A DNA stretch of 61,148 nt from Minisyncoccota bacterium (GTDB lineage: Bacteria > Patescibacteriota > Minisyncoccia > Phycocordibacterales > UBA2100): the NCBI GenBank assembly GCA_035559235.1, contig DATMBM010000014.1:1-61148 (forward strand), written 5' to 3'. Made by a program: the position numbers and the translations under genes. Shown here one piece after another: positions 50,413-59,675 of this stretch; position 1 is the first letter of the stretch; every line of letters starts with the position of its first letter. Below the pieces are notes generated by a model. It was not told the DNA's origin and made no database searches. It was given only the letters and a program-made list of their open reading frames with translations.

Positions 50413-51780
50413 ATGTTCTTCGGCTTCGATCTCACGCAGGCAATCGAAGTCCTCGGATACCCGGGGATTTTTGCGATCATTCTTGCCGAATCCGGCATCT
50501 TCTTCGGCGTCTCGCTGCCGGGCGGCTCCCTCCTCTTTACCGCCGGACTTCTCGCATCGCAGGGATTCCTCAACATCTACATTTTGCTTGCCGTCGTCAT
50601 CGTTGCGGCAGTCCTCGGCGATTCGATCGGTTACTGGTTCGGTGCATGGGTTGGTCCCGCGCTCTGGCGCCGACCGGACGGCCGGTTTTACAAAAAGCGC
50701 TATTTGGAACAGACGCGAGTCTTTTTCGACCAGCATGGCGCGCGCACCATCTTTCTCGCGCGCTTCATCCCGATCATCCGCACGTTCGCCCCGATCCTCG
50801 CCGGCGTCGCGAAAATGGAGTATCGCACGTTCTTCTTCTACAACATGCTCGGTGCCTTCGTTTGGGGCGGCGGTTTCGTACTCGCCGGTTATCTGCTTGG
50901 CGAAGCGATACCCGGGATCAAGGAATACTTGGAATACGCGATTCTCGCTATCATCGTTGTCACGACAATCCCCTTTCTTCTCCATATGAGGGCTGCGCAG
51001 CAAGTTGCGAGCGCCGGAAAGGTCCTGCCGCGGGCCGTCATTTTCGATCTCGACGATACGCTCGCTGAAAGCTACACGCCTCCGCGCGAGGAGATTCTTG
51101 GAAAACTCGCGGCACTCTCGCGCTCGACCGTTGTCGCGATCATGACGGGGGCGGCATACGACCGGGTCGAGCGAGATTTGATGCAGCGCTTCAAGGGAAC
51201 CCGTGGCGGCAACATGTACGTGTTTTCGGACAGCGCCGCACGCTGCTACACGTTTGAAAAGGACGATTGGCGCGAGGTTTACAATTTCTCGCTCGCGCCC
51301 GAAGACCGGCAGCGCATCGTCGCCGCAATCAGAGACGCCGTCCGTACGACCGGGATTTTCGACGGAGGCGAGGATCATTCGCGCATCATCGACCGCGAGA
51401 CGTCGGTCGCCTTCGCGGCGCTTGCTCCCGATGCGAGCCAGGAAGACAAGCGTGCGTGGGACCCAGACGGTTCAAAGCGGATGAAGCTGATCGATGAGTT
51501 GCGGGCCCGGGTTCCCGAATTTGAAATTTTTATCGGCGGCAAATCGACTATCGACGTGACGCGGGAAGGCATAACAAAAGAATACGGCGTGAAATGGCTT
51601 TCGAAGGAACTCAGCGTCGAGGCGCGTGATATGCTCTTTGTCGGCGACGGTTTTTACGAGGGCGGCAATGATGCGGTCGTGATCCCGACGGGCATCCAGA
51701 CTCGGGAAACGACGGGTCCTGCGGAAACGCTCCGCATCATCGATGAGTTGCTGGAGCAGTTCGGCTCAAAAGAGGCCTAG
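50413..51780 (+). CDS. fusion protein: DedA/VTT membrane domain (N) plus HAD-IIB phosphatase-like domain (C)
   Basis: N-terminus GYPGIFAIILAESGIFFGVSLPGGSLLFTAG...LARFIPIIRTFAPILAG. C-terminus VIFDLDDTLAES...FVGDGFYEGGNDAVV. The C-domain is paralogous to 41461-42183. Confidence 0.75.
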   Translation: MFFGFDLTQAIEVLGYPGIFAIILAESGIFFGVSLPGGSLLFTAGLLASQGFLNIYILLAVVIVAAVLGDSIGYWFGAWVGPALWRRPDGRFYKKRYLEQTRVFFDQHGARTIFLARFIPIIRTFAPILAGVAKMEYRTFFFYNMLGAFVWGGGFVLAGYLLGEAIPGIKEYLEYAILAIIVVTTIPFLLHMRAAQQVASAGKVLPRAVIFDLDDTLAESYTPPREEILGKLAALSRSTVVAIMTGAAYDRVERDLMQRFKGTRGGNMYVFSDSAARCYTFEKDDWREVYNFSLAPEDRQRIVAAIRDAVRTTGIFDGGEDHSRIIDRETSVAFAALAPDASQEDKRAWDPDGSKRMKLIDELRARVPEFEIFIGGKSTIDVTREGITKEYGVKWLSKELSVEARDMLFVGDGFYEGGNDAVVIPTGIQTRETTGPAETLRIIDELLEQFGSKEA

Positions 51781-52386
51781 GATGTCTTTCGCAGGTATCG
51801 CACCCTCGCGCAAAATCGAAGGGTGACCGGACACCACGTTTACGACGGTTGACGGTTCTTTCAGCGGCGCGTCTCCCGCATCAATCGCGAGGTCGATCTG
51901 ACTTGTGCCGAGCTGCGCGAGAACTTTTTTAAACGCGATTTCCGGCTCAACGTCCGCGAGATTCGCGCTGGTCGTTGTGTAAGGTCTTCCGAACGAACGC
52001 GCAAGTTCGATGCAGAAGTCGTTATTCGGAATTCTGATGCCGATCGTTTCCATCCCCCTCGCGATACCGCCGGAAATGTCCGCTTTCTTTTTCACAACGA
52101 GCGTCAACGGTCCCGGCAGGAACGCTTCCGCCAGCGTCCGCGCGGCGTCGTTTATCTCGCCGTACTCTTCCGCCATCGCAAGGTCGGTGACAATGCAGTG
52201 GATTGGCTTGTCCGCCTGTCGCCCCTTGATCGCGTACACGGTGTCCACCGCTTGATCCGAAAACGCGTCGGCACCAAGCCCATAGAGCGTATCGGTTGGA
52301 TACAGGATGACGCCGCCTGCGCGCAGAACCCCAGCGGCGCGCATGATAGCGGTGCCGAAATCAGCGTTAAGCTGCAACGTTTCCAT
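51766..52386 (-). CDS. tsaC: L-threonylcarbamoyladenylate synthase (TsaC/YrdC/Sua5 family)
   Basis: GGVILYPTDTLYGLGADA, KGRQADKPI, GPLTLVV, SANL. Confidence 0.85.
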   Translation of the reverse strand: METLQLNADFGTAIMRAAGVLRAGGVILYPTDTLYGLGADAFSDQAVDTVYAIKGRQADKPIHCIVTDLAMAEEYGEINDAARTLAEAFLPGPLTLVVKKKADISGGIARGMETIGIRIPNNDFCIELARSFGRPYTTTSANLADVEPEIAFKKVLAQLGTSQIDLAIDAGDAPLKEPSTVVNVVSGHPSILREGAIPAKDILGLF

Positions 52387-52389
52387 CTG

Positions 52390-52462
52390 TGCGCGCTGTA
52401 GGACTTGAACCTACGGCCCTCGTCACGTCAAGACGATGCTCTACCAACTGAGCTAAGCGCGC
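52390..52462 (-). tRNA. tRNA-Val (anticodon GAC), no encoded CCA
   Basis: Manual cloverleaf: acceptor GCGCGCT/AGCGCGC, D arm GCTC AGTTGGTA GAGC, anticodon arm TCGTC TTGACGT GACGA, T arm GTAGG TTCAAGT CCTAC. Confidence 0.9.
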
Positions 52463-52470
52463 GTGCCAAT

Positions 52471-52479
52471 AATATAGCA
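52471..52479 (-). promoter_or_regulatory. extended -10 (TGCTATATT) 8 nt upstream of the tRNA-Val 5' end
   Basis: The minus strand reads TGC TATATT ATTGGCAC then G+1 of the tRNA. Confidence 0.45.
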
Positions 52480-52502
52480 GAAATATTCACTTTTTGAAGC
52501 AC

Positions 52503-53489
52503 TCATGGAATGCGCTCTACCGCCGAGCGCGCATACGTGAGATAGCGGAGATTTTGCGCACTCAGGAGCGCGAAAAAGACGTTCAGTGCGACAAGCGCGA
52601 CGCCAAGAAACGCCAGCAAATCGACGCCGATATTGGTTGCCAGATACAGCAGAAGATCAACAAACGGGGTGTCGGGATCTGAGCGCAGCGTGTCGGCGTA
52701 CAGCTCGCGGACGAAATTCGCGGGACCGCTGTATGCGGCCACGAGAAAAATCGCGCCAAGAAACGCACCGGAAAGCGCGCCGACGGTGTTGGCGAGCGCA
52801 ATGCGCCCCGTGCGAACGCTCCGCGGCACCTCCGCGAATTGCAGCCGCACTTGCGCAAGGACGACTTCAGCGCCCATCTGCACACGCGCCCGTACGCCCC
52901 TCCACAGACCGTACTTTCGCTCCTTGATCGTCTGCCTTAGGCCGCTGACGACCTTGTACTGGAATCCCCGACCCCAGTATTTTGCATAAAAATTCAGCGC
53001 CGTTTCGACCATGAAGCGTTCCCGGTACCGATCCGGCACGATGTCCCATAGCGTCCGCGCCACGGCGCGCTGTCCTCCAAGGATTGGAATGATGGAAAGG
53101 ACGTATCCTGCCCAGTACATCCGCGCATTGCGCATCGCAATCACCATATCGGTCTCTCCCGCGACGACCGGCGCAAGAATGTCGTCAAGCAAATCGTGAG
53201 AAAAGCCACGCATGTCGGCATCGCAAAAAAACAGAATATCCGCATCAGTCGCGTCGACGCCGCTCTGCATTGCCGCGCCTTTTCCCAGGTTTCGCTCGTG
53301 CCGAATCAGCCGCACGGGAAATGTCGCCGCGATTTGCGCCGTGGCATCTGCCGAGCCGTCGTCGACGACGATAACCTCGTTGAATCGACGATATGACGAC
53401 AGCTCTCGCAACACCCCCGCGATATCGCGCTCTTCGTCGTAAGCAGGAACTATCGCGACTATTCGTTTGTGACCCGTCTGGTCAGCCAT
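52503..53489 (-). CDS. GT2 glycosyltransferase with C-terminal membrane domain (polyprenyl-phosphate glycosyltransferase-like)
   Basis: IVAIVPAYDEERDI, VIVVDDGSADAT, NLGKGAAM, FCDADM. Start set at MADQTGHK (CATAGT-N6-ATG). Confidence 0.8.
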   Translation of the reverse strand: MADQTGHKRIVAIVPAYDEERDIAGVLRELSSYRRFNEVIVVDDGSADATAQIAATFPVRLIRHERNLGKGAAMQSGVDATDADILFFCDADMRGFSHDLLDDILAPVVAGETDMVIAMRNARMYWAGYVLSIIPILGGQRAVARTLWDIVPDRYRERFMVETALNFYAKYWGRGFQYKVVSGLRQTIKERKYGLWRGVRARVQMGAEVVLAQVRLQFAEVPRSVRTGRIALANTVGALSGAFLGAIFLVAAYSGPANFVRELYADTLRSDPDTPFVDLLLYLATNIGVDLLAFLGVALVALNVFFALLSAQNLRYLTYARSAVERIP

Positions 53490-54034
53490 ACGGTAACTAT
53501 GCGCATGATGACGGCACTTATGATGAACACGACAATGGCCGTCTGAATAACCCCGGAATCCGGCAGCGCCGCACCGAGTCCTTTCCCGGCAAAATACCCG
53601 AGCGGGAAAAAGATCGCGAGCCAAACCAGGATGCCGACGGAATTATACAGGCTGAAGAGGTGGAACGGGATCCGACGCGCCGCGGTGTACAGGATCATCG
53701 CGATACGCGTCCCGTACAGAAATTTCACGAGAATAAGCGCGTACAGCGGGTTCCTGCCGGTAAGCTTCTGCACGAGCGCCGACGCCTTTTCGCGCTCTCG
53801 CAGCAGAAATGTGCTTGACGCAAAGCGTCTGGAGAGCACGACGCCGCCGAGAAACCACAGCGTATCCGCGGCTGCCGTCCCCAAAAACGCAGCGAGAAAA
53901 ATCGGAAGGGGCTGCCATCCAAGCTGGCCCGCAAGGTAGGCAGCGGTCAGGATAACGCTATCTCCAAAGAAAAACGCGCCCCAAAAGACGGTTGGCAACT
54001 GGTACGCATTGAGAAGCGCGACGATCGTTTCCAT
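53459..54034 (-). CDS. DedA/VTT-domain family membrane protein
   Basis: FWGAFFFGDSVILTAAYLAG...LILVKFLYGTRIAMILY pattern. 191 aa. Confidence 0.8.
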   Translation of the reverse strand: METIVALLNAYQLPTVFWGAFFFGDSVILTAAYLAGQLGWQPLPIFLAAFLGTAAADTLWFLGGVVLSRRFASSTFLLREREKASALVQKLTGRNPLYALILVKFLYGTRIAMILYTAARRIPFHLFSLYNSVGILVWLAIFFPLGYFAGKGLGAALPDSGVIQTAIVVFIISAVIMRIVTVWLTRRVTNE

Positions 54035-54094
54035 TTGTCCACAAGTCTATCACGCATGCCTTGCGAGACCCTGAAAAGCGGTCATACTTGCCGA

Positions 54095-54283
54095 ATGAAA
54101 GCCGAAAAGCCAATCTTTATCGCCGCCTCGCTCCTGATGGCGTCGTTCGTGCTCGACTCGTTCGTCAAAATGTACGCGCTTCCAGCTTCGGAATCCGCGA
54201 TGATTAGCTGGATCGCGTGGATCTGCGGCATGGCCGGCATCATCATGTTCTTCTCCGCAATCCTCACGCAGTCGAAACGCTAA
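54095..54283 (+). CDS. possible small 2-TM protein
   Basis: MKAEKPIFIAASLLMASFVLDSF...ISWIAWICGMAGIIMFFSAIL. Squeezed between divergent and convergent genes. Weak support. Confidence 0.3.
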   Translation: MKAEKPIFIAASLLMASFVLDSFVKMYALPASESAMISWIAWICGMAGIIMFFSAILTQSKR

Positions 54284-54285
54284 CG

Positions 54286-56055
54286 CTACGCATCTTGGAG
54301 GAAGCCGCCGGCTTGGTGGCTCCACAAGCGCCAATACAGCCCTTTCTTTTGCAGCAGTTCCTGATGGGTTCCTTCTTCGATGATTTCACCGCTTTGGAGC
54401 GCGATGATGCGGTCCATCCGCATGATCGTGGAGAGCCGGTGCGCGATGACGATAACAGTCTTCCCCCTCATCAAACGAGCAAGCGCCTGCTGGATTAGCA
54501 ATTCGGATTCCGAATCGAGGCTTGACGTTGCTTCATCGAGAATCAAGATTGGTGCGTTTTTAAGGATCGCTCGCGCGATCGCGACGCGCTGGCGCTCACC
54601 GCCGGATAATTTCACGCCGCGCTCGCCGACAAACGTATCGTATCCGTTAGGAAGTTTTGAAATGAATTCATGGCAGTGCGCCTGTTTCGCCGCTTCTATT
54701 ACCTCCTCGTCAGTCGCGTCGCGCTTGCCGTACCGGATATTCTCCATGAGCGTGCGGTGGAAGAGGATCGGTTCCTGCGGGACGAACGAAATTGCGTCGC
54801 GCAGGCTCTCCTGCGTCACCTCGGCGATGTTCTGTCCGTCGATCTCAATGCTTCCGCCTTTGACATCGTAGAGTCGCAACAAAAGTTTCGTGATCGTCGT
54901 CTTGCCTGCGCCGGAAGGTCCGACGAGCGCGACTTTCTCTCCGGGATGGATGAGTAGATTGAAGTTCTTGAAGACCCCCTTCTCGGCATGGAAGTGAAAA
55001 TCGACATTGGTAAATTCGATTTTCCCGGCAGAAACGGCAAGCGGTTTGGCGCCCGGGCTATCCGCAACCTCGTGCAACGTATTCAAAATCTCGACCATTT
55101 CGTTTGAATCGCTATACGCTTCACTGACACGGCGTAAATCTCGATTGATCGATTCCAAGCGCTCGAAGGCGGCAAACAGGTAGGCCTGCACGAGCACGAA
55201 GTCGCCGAGCGTGAAAAGGCCGAGCCTCCAATAGTACACTCCCCCGTAGAGAAGCGCGGATTGAATGATGATCACAAATAAACCGATCCCCGCCCAGATC
55301 CAGGCGTCTGCGCTCCACGAACGCACGGTCGCCGCACGCCAATTGGCGACGGTGTCGGAAAATTGCGATATCTCGAAGCGTTTTCCTGAAAACAAGAGTA
55401 CCGTCGCTTGATTTGAAATCGCATCGGCAAGATTCGCCGTCACCTTGGTTTCCGCCGCGGCGCGCGCAATGCGCGCCGGCTGCCGCGCTCGAGCGACATA
55501 CACCTGGAAAATGATGAAACAGACGGTCCATACGGCGAGCGTAAGGCCGAGCACGGCGTTGCGCATGAACAAAACGACGATCGCGCCTGTGATGAAGAGG
55601 AATGTCGGAATGAATTGCACGACGACGCTGTCAAAGAGTATTTCGTACGCGCGCGAAAACCGATTCACGCGATGCGTGAGCGAGCCGGCAAACTGAGAGA
55701 TGAAGAAATTGTACGAATGCCCGATAAGGTATTCGAACGAACGTCGCAGGAGGTCCGACATCACCTTCGATTCAAGGTAGACAACACTGAAGTAGCGTGT
55801 TCGCTGTGCCGCCCAATCGATAAGCCAAATTACGATGATAGTGCCGAGAATGCCGATGACGGCTGCGAATGCTTCGTCGCCGCCTTCTGCAAGCGTGTTG
55901 ATGAACGAACGAAGGTAGATCGGCACCGCAAGCGTCGTTCCTTGCGCGATGACGCTCGATACCATGACGGCGGCAAAGAGGAGCGGATACCGGAGTGTGT
56001 GCCGCGCATAAATGGTAAGGACGCTCAAGCGCTTCGTGTTTTGAGGAACACTCAT
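54286..56055 (-). CDS. ABC exporter, fused permease/ATPase (MsbA/ABCB-type)
   Basis: 6-TM domain. Walker A GPSGAGKTT, signature LSGGERQRV, Walker B ILILDEATS. Start at MSVPQNT (TATGGT-N7-ATG). Confidence 0.9.
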   Translation of the reverse strand: MSVPQNTKRLSVLTIYARHTLRYPLLFAAVMVSSVIAQGTTLAVPIYLRSFINTLAEGGDEAFAAVIGILGTIIVIWLIDWAAQRTRYFSVVYLESKVMSDLLRRSFEYLIGHSYNFFISQFAGSLTHRVNRFSRAYEILFDSVVVQFIPTFLFITGAIVVLFMRNAVLGLTLAVWTVCFIIFQVYVARARQPARIARAAAETKVTANLADAISNQATVLLFSGKRFEISQFSDTVANWRAATVRSWSADAWIWAGIGLFVIIIQSALLYGGVYYWRLGLFTLGDFVLVQAYLFAAFERLESINRDLRRVSEAYSDSNEMVEILNTLHEVADSPGAKPLAVSAGKIEFTNVDFHFHAEKGVFKNFNLLIHPGEKVALVGPSGAGKTTITKLLLRLYDVKGGSIEIDGQNIAEVTQESLRDAISFVPQEPILFHRTLMENIRYGKRDATDEEVIEAAKQAHCHEFISKLPNGYDTFVGERGVKLSGGERQRVAIARAILKNAPILILDEATSSLDSESELLIQQALARLMRGKTVIVIAHRLSTIMRMDRIIALQSGEIIEEGTHQELLQKKGLYWRLWSHQAGGFLQDA

Positions 56056-56062
56056 TTGACCA

Positions 56063-56084
56063 ACCATACAACGTTTGTTTAGAT
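56063..56084. promoter_or_regulatory. back-to-back divergent -10 boxes in the 35-bp spacer (TATGGT for the exporter, TGTTTAGAT for tsaD)
   Basis: Minus strand: TATGGT TGGTCAA ATG. Plus strand: TGT TTAGAT GCGGCA ATG. Confidence 0.45.
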
Positions 56085-56090
56085 GCGGCA

Positions 56091-57242
56091 ATGCGCATTT
56101 TGGGGATCGAGACGTCCGCCGACGAAACCGGCGTCTCGTTAATCGAGGCAGACGGCGCCTTTGGCGCCGATTTCTCCTTCAAGACGCTGGGGAATTCGCT
56201 TGCGTCGCAAACGGAAACGCATGCACGCTTTGGCGGCATCTTCCCCAACATGGCTGCACGCGAGCATCAGAAGAACCTCGTGCCGCTCCTCCATTCAACG
56301 CTGGAACAAGCTGGCTTGCTGCATCCCGGCTCATGTGCACACGACATTTCAGGTATTCTCGTGCGCGAGTCCGATCTCGCGGCTGCGCTCGACGAATTCC
56401 TCGCACATCACACGCGTCCTGACATTGATTGCATTGCCGTGACCCACGGCCCGGGGCTCGAGCCGACGCTCTGGGTCGGCATCAATTGTGCGAAGGCGCT
56501 GGCAAGCGCGTGGCGCGTACCGTTGGTGCCGGTAAATCACATGGAAGGACACATTCTGATATCAGCCGTTACCAACGGCGCGTTGTCGCGCTTCTCTTTT
56601 CCCCTCCTCTCCCTCCTTATTTCCGGCGGACACACTGAGTTGGTGCTTTCGGAGGAATGGATGCGGTACAAATTGCTCGGGCAAACGCGCGATGATGCGG
56701 TCGGCGAAGCGTTTGACAAGGTGGCGCGACTCTTCGGACTTCCCTATCCGGGCGGACCACAGATTTCGCGTCTCGCGACGGAATTGCGGCGGCGGAATGT
56801 CGCTCCCAACATTTCCTTGCCCCGTCCGATGATCGATTCCGACGATTACGACTTCTCATTTGCCGGCCTCAAAACCGCCGTCCGGCGGATTGTCGAAGCG
56901 AACCAACCTCTTTCTGAAAACATGAAAAAAGAAATTGCGCTCGAATTCGAAAACGCCTGCGCGGACGTGCTCATTGCAAAAACGATGCGTGCAATAGAGG
57001 AGTATGGCGCTGAAACGGTCCTCATTGGCGGTGGCGTCTCAGCGAATGTTCATATCCGCGCGCACCTTGCCGAAACGATTGCGAACTACGGGACCGGTAC
57101 GAAACTACTGGTGCCTCCTCCCGAACTGGCAACCGATAATGCGCTCATGATCGCGCTCGCCGGTTACTTTCGAGCCCAAAAAAATAAATACGCGGAACCC
57201 GCATCGATCCGCGCAGACGGAACGCTCTCTCTTGCGACGTAG
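56091..57242 (+). CDS. tsaD: tRNA N6-adenosine threonylcarbamoyltransferase
   Basis: MRILGIETSADETGVSLIE, NHMEGH, SGGHTEL, GLPYPGGP. Confidence 0.9.
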   Translation: MRILGIETSADETGVSLIEADGAFGADFSFKTLGNSLASQTETHARFGGIFPNMAAREHQKNLVPLLHSTLEQAGLLHPGSCAHDISGILVRESDLAAALDEFLAHHTRPDIDCIAVTHGPGLEPTLWVGINCAKALASAWRVPLVPVNHMEGHILISAVTNGALSRFSFPLLSLLISGGHTELVLSEEWMRYKLLGQTRDDAVGEAFDKVARLFGLPYPGGPQISRLATELRRRNVAPNISLPRPMIDSDDYDFSFAGLKTAVRRIVEANQPLSENMKKEIALEFENACADVLIAKTMRAIEEYGAETVLIGGGVSANVHIRAHLAETIANYGTGTKLLVPPPELATDNALMIALAGYFRAQKNKYAEPASIRADGTLSLAT

Positions 57243-57403
57243 GTCTAACAGGGTCGCGCGAAGGGAGTAACCCGACGCGCGACCCCAACCCCGCTTCCCG
57301 CTGTGACGGTTCGTACAGCAATCCTCCCTAGACCCGGGCCGCGGGGCGATCGGCACCTTGTAACATGGATCTCTGAAGCGCAGGTGAAGAAAGAGACAGT
57401 TAG

Positions 57404-57412
57404 TGCTAGGAT
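57404..57412 (+). promoter_or_regulatory. extended -10 (TGCTAGGAT) 6 nt upstream of the valS ATG
   Basis: TGC TAGGAT GGCTGT ATG. Confidence 0.5.
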
Positions 57413-57418
57413 GGCTGT

Positions 57419-59662
57419 ATGGAGCCAAAACGAGACGTCCCTACAGAATTCCTCAAACCGTACAACCCGGCCGAGTCTGAGCCGGAAATTATCGCATTGT
57501 GGGATAAAAGCGGATATACGAACCCTGACACGATGGTGCGAGACGGTCTCACGAAGCCGGATGCGGAAGCGTTTTCGATCGTCCTGCCTCCTCCGAACGT
57601 CACCGGGACGCTCCACATGGGGCACGCGGCGATGCTCGCCGTCGAAGACATCCTCGTGCGCTACGCCCGGATGAACGGCAAACGGACACTCTGGGTCCCC
57701 GGCACCGACAGCGCAGCGATCGCAACGCAGTCGAAAGTGGAAGGAGAAATCTACAAGAAAGAAAAGAAGACGCGCTACGACCTCGGCCGCGACGAACTCA
57801 TGAAGCGCATCGATGCGTTCGTCGAAGAAAGCAAGAACACCATCATCAACCAGGTGCGCGCGATGGGTGCAAGTCTCGACTGGAGTCGCTACGCCTACAC
57901 GATGGACGAGCCACGCTACCACGCTGTCATGACAGCATTTGTGCGCATGTATGAAGCGGGCCTCATCTATCGAGGCGACCGCATCGTCAACTGGGACCCG
58001 AATCTGCAAACCACCGTCTCAGACGACGAAATCGAGTGGAAAGAAGAGACCCGTCCGTTTTATTACCTGAAGTATGGCCCATTCGTCATCGGCACCGCCC
58101 GGCCGGAAACAAAATTTGGCGATAAATACGTCGTGATGCATCCGGACGACGAGCGATACAAGGGATACGCGCATGGGCAGAAGCTCGAGCTGGAATGGAT
58201 CAACGGCCCGATTACGGCGACAGTCATCAAGGATGAGGCTGTTGACATGGAATTCGGAACCGGCGTCATGACGATAACACCATGGCACGACGCAACTGAT
58301 TTCGATATCGCGGAACGGCATAAGCTCGAAAAGGAACAAGTTATCGACGATAAGGGCATATTGCTTCCGATCGCGGGTGAATTTGCCGGCATGCACATCA
58401 AAAAAGCGCGTCCGGCGATCGTGGAAAAACTCAAGCACAAAGGGTTGATTGACCACATCGACGAGACATACGTTGGGAGGATCGCCACCAATAGTCGCGG
58501 TAACGGAATCATCGAGCCGCAGATCAAGAAGCAGTGGTTTATTGCCGTAAACAAAAAGGTGAAATTCCCTTACCCGCCTCGCCCGACGAGCGGACGAGTC
58601 GAGGCGGGCGGGACGGAGCGGACGCTCAAAGAGTGGATGCGCGAAGCGGTGGAAAGCGGCCGCGTGAAGATCACGCCCGAGCGGTTCGAGAAGATCTACT
58701 ACCACTGGATCGACAACCTCCGCGACTGGTGCATTTCGCGTCAAATTTGGTTTGGCCATCGCATTCCGGTGTGGTATCGAGGAGACCCGTCTCGCCACGG
58801 CGAAGCCGGGGCGGTTGAAGTGCATTGTTCAGTCGAGGGCCCCAACGACAACACGTGGGAGCGTGATCCCGATACGCTCGATACGTGGTTCTCGTCCGGA
58901 TTGTGGACGTTTTCGACGCTGGGCTGGCCCGAAGAAACAGCTGATCTGAAGACCTACCACCCGACGAGCGTCTTGGAAACCGGCTATGACATCCTCTTCT
59001 TCTGGGTTGCGCGTATGGTGCTGATGTCAGGGTTTCTCTTGGGCGACGTACCGTTCAGGCGAGTCTACCTTCACGGCCTTGTGCGCGACGGCCAGGGCCG
59101 CAAAATGTCGAAATCGCTCGGCAACATCATCGATCCCTTGGATATGATAAAAAAATACGGTGCCGATGCGACGCGCCTCTCGCTGATCATCGGCGCACAG
59201 CCCGGTAATGACCTCAAACTTTCCGAAGACCGCGTGCGCGGCTACAAGCATTTTGCGAACAAGCTCTGGAACATATCGCGCTTCGTGCTTGAGAACACGA
59301 CGGACGTCGAAATGGGAGAACTGAACGATGCCGATCGTGCGCTTTTCAAGGAGGCGCAGGATCTCGCCGTGCAGGCCTCGAAAAATATCGACCACTTCCG
59401 GCTCGACTTGGCAGCGGATTCGATATACCACTTCGTCTGGGACCGGTTCGCCGCGGAGATTATCGAAGAATCAAAACCGATCATGAAAAGCGACGATGCG
59501 TCGGCAAAGGCGTCTCGCGCCCGCCTGCTCTATGAATTGCTCACCCTTTCGCTCAAGCTGCTCCACCCCTTCATGCCGTTCGTGACTGAAGCGATCTGGC
59601 AGCGTCTGCCTCAGAAGGACGCCAAATTGTTGATGGTCGCGCGGTGGCCGGTAAACGGCTGA
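57419..59662 (+). CDS. valS: valine--tRNA ligase (short form lacking the C-terminal coiled coil)
   Basis: PPPNVTGTLHMGHA (HIGH), DWCISRQIWFGHRIPVWY, KMSKSLGN. 747 aa. Confidence 0.9.
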   Translation: MEPKRDVPTEFLKPYNPAESEPEIIALWDKSGYTNPDTMVRDGLTKPDAEAFSIVLPPPNVTGTLHMGHAAMLAVEDILVRYARMNGKRTLWVPGTDSAAIATQSKVEGEIYKKEKKTRYDLGRDELMKRIDAFVEESKNTIINQVRAMGASLDWSRYAYTMDEPRYHAVMTAFVRMYEAGLIYRGDRIVNWDPNLQTTVSDDEIEWKEETRPFYYLKYGPFVIGTARPETKFGDKYVVMHPDDERYKGYAHGQKLELEWINGPITATVIKDEAVDMEFGTGVMTITPWHDATDFDIAERHKLEKEQVIDDKGILLPIAGEFAGMHIKKARPAIVEKLKHKGLIDHIDETYVGRIATNSRGNGIIEPQIKKQWFIAVNKKVKFPYPPRPTSGRVEAGGTERTLKEWMREAVESGRVKITPERFEKIYYHWIDNLRDWCISRQIWFGHRIPVWYRGDPSRHGEAGAVEVHCSVEGPNDNTWERDPDTLDTWFSSGLWTFSTLGWPEETADLKTYHPTSVLETGYDILFFWVARMVLMSGFLLGDVPFRRVYLHGLVRDGQGRKMSKSLGNIIDPLDMIKKYGADATRLSLIIGAQPGNDLKLSEDRVRGYKHFANKLWNISRFVLENTTDVEMGELNDADRALFKEAQDLAVQASKNIDHFRLDLAADSIYHFVWDRFAAEIIEESKPIMKSDDASAKASRARLLYELLTLSLKLLHPFMPFVTEAIWQRLPQKDAKLLMVARWPVNG

Positions 59663-59675
59663 TACAATAGGGTGA

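Noticed and set aside
49984-51378. 464-aa ORF antisense to glyA and the DedA-HAD fusion
   Set aside because: The opposite strand encodes textbook SHMT and DedA/HAD motifs. The antisense product is Arg/Asp/Glu-rich without a domain signature.
57245-58009. 254-aa ORF antisense to the valS 5' region (also 58019-58825, 268 aa)
   Set aside because: valS motifs on the plus strand are unambiguous. The antisense ORFs have no motifs and an Arg/His/Val-rich composition.
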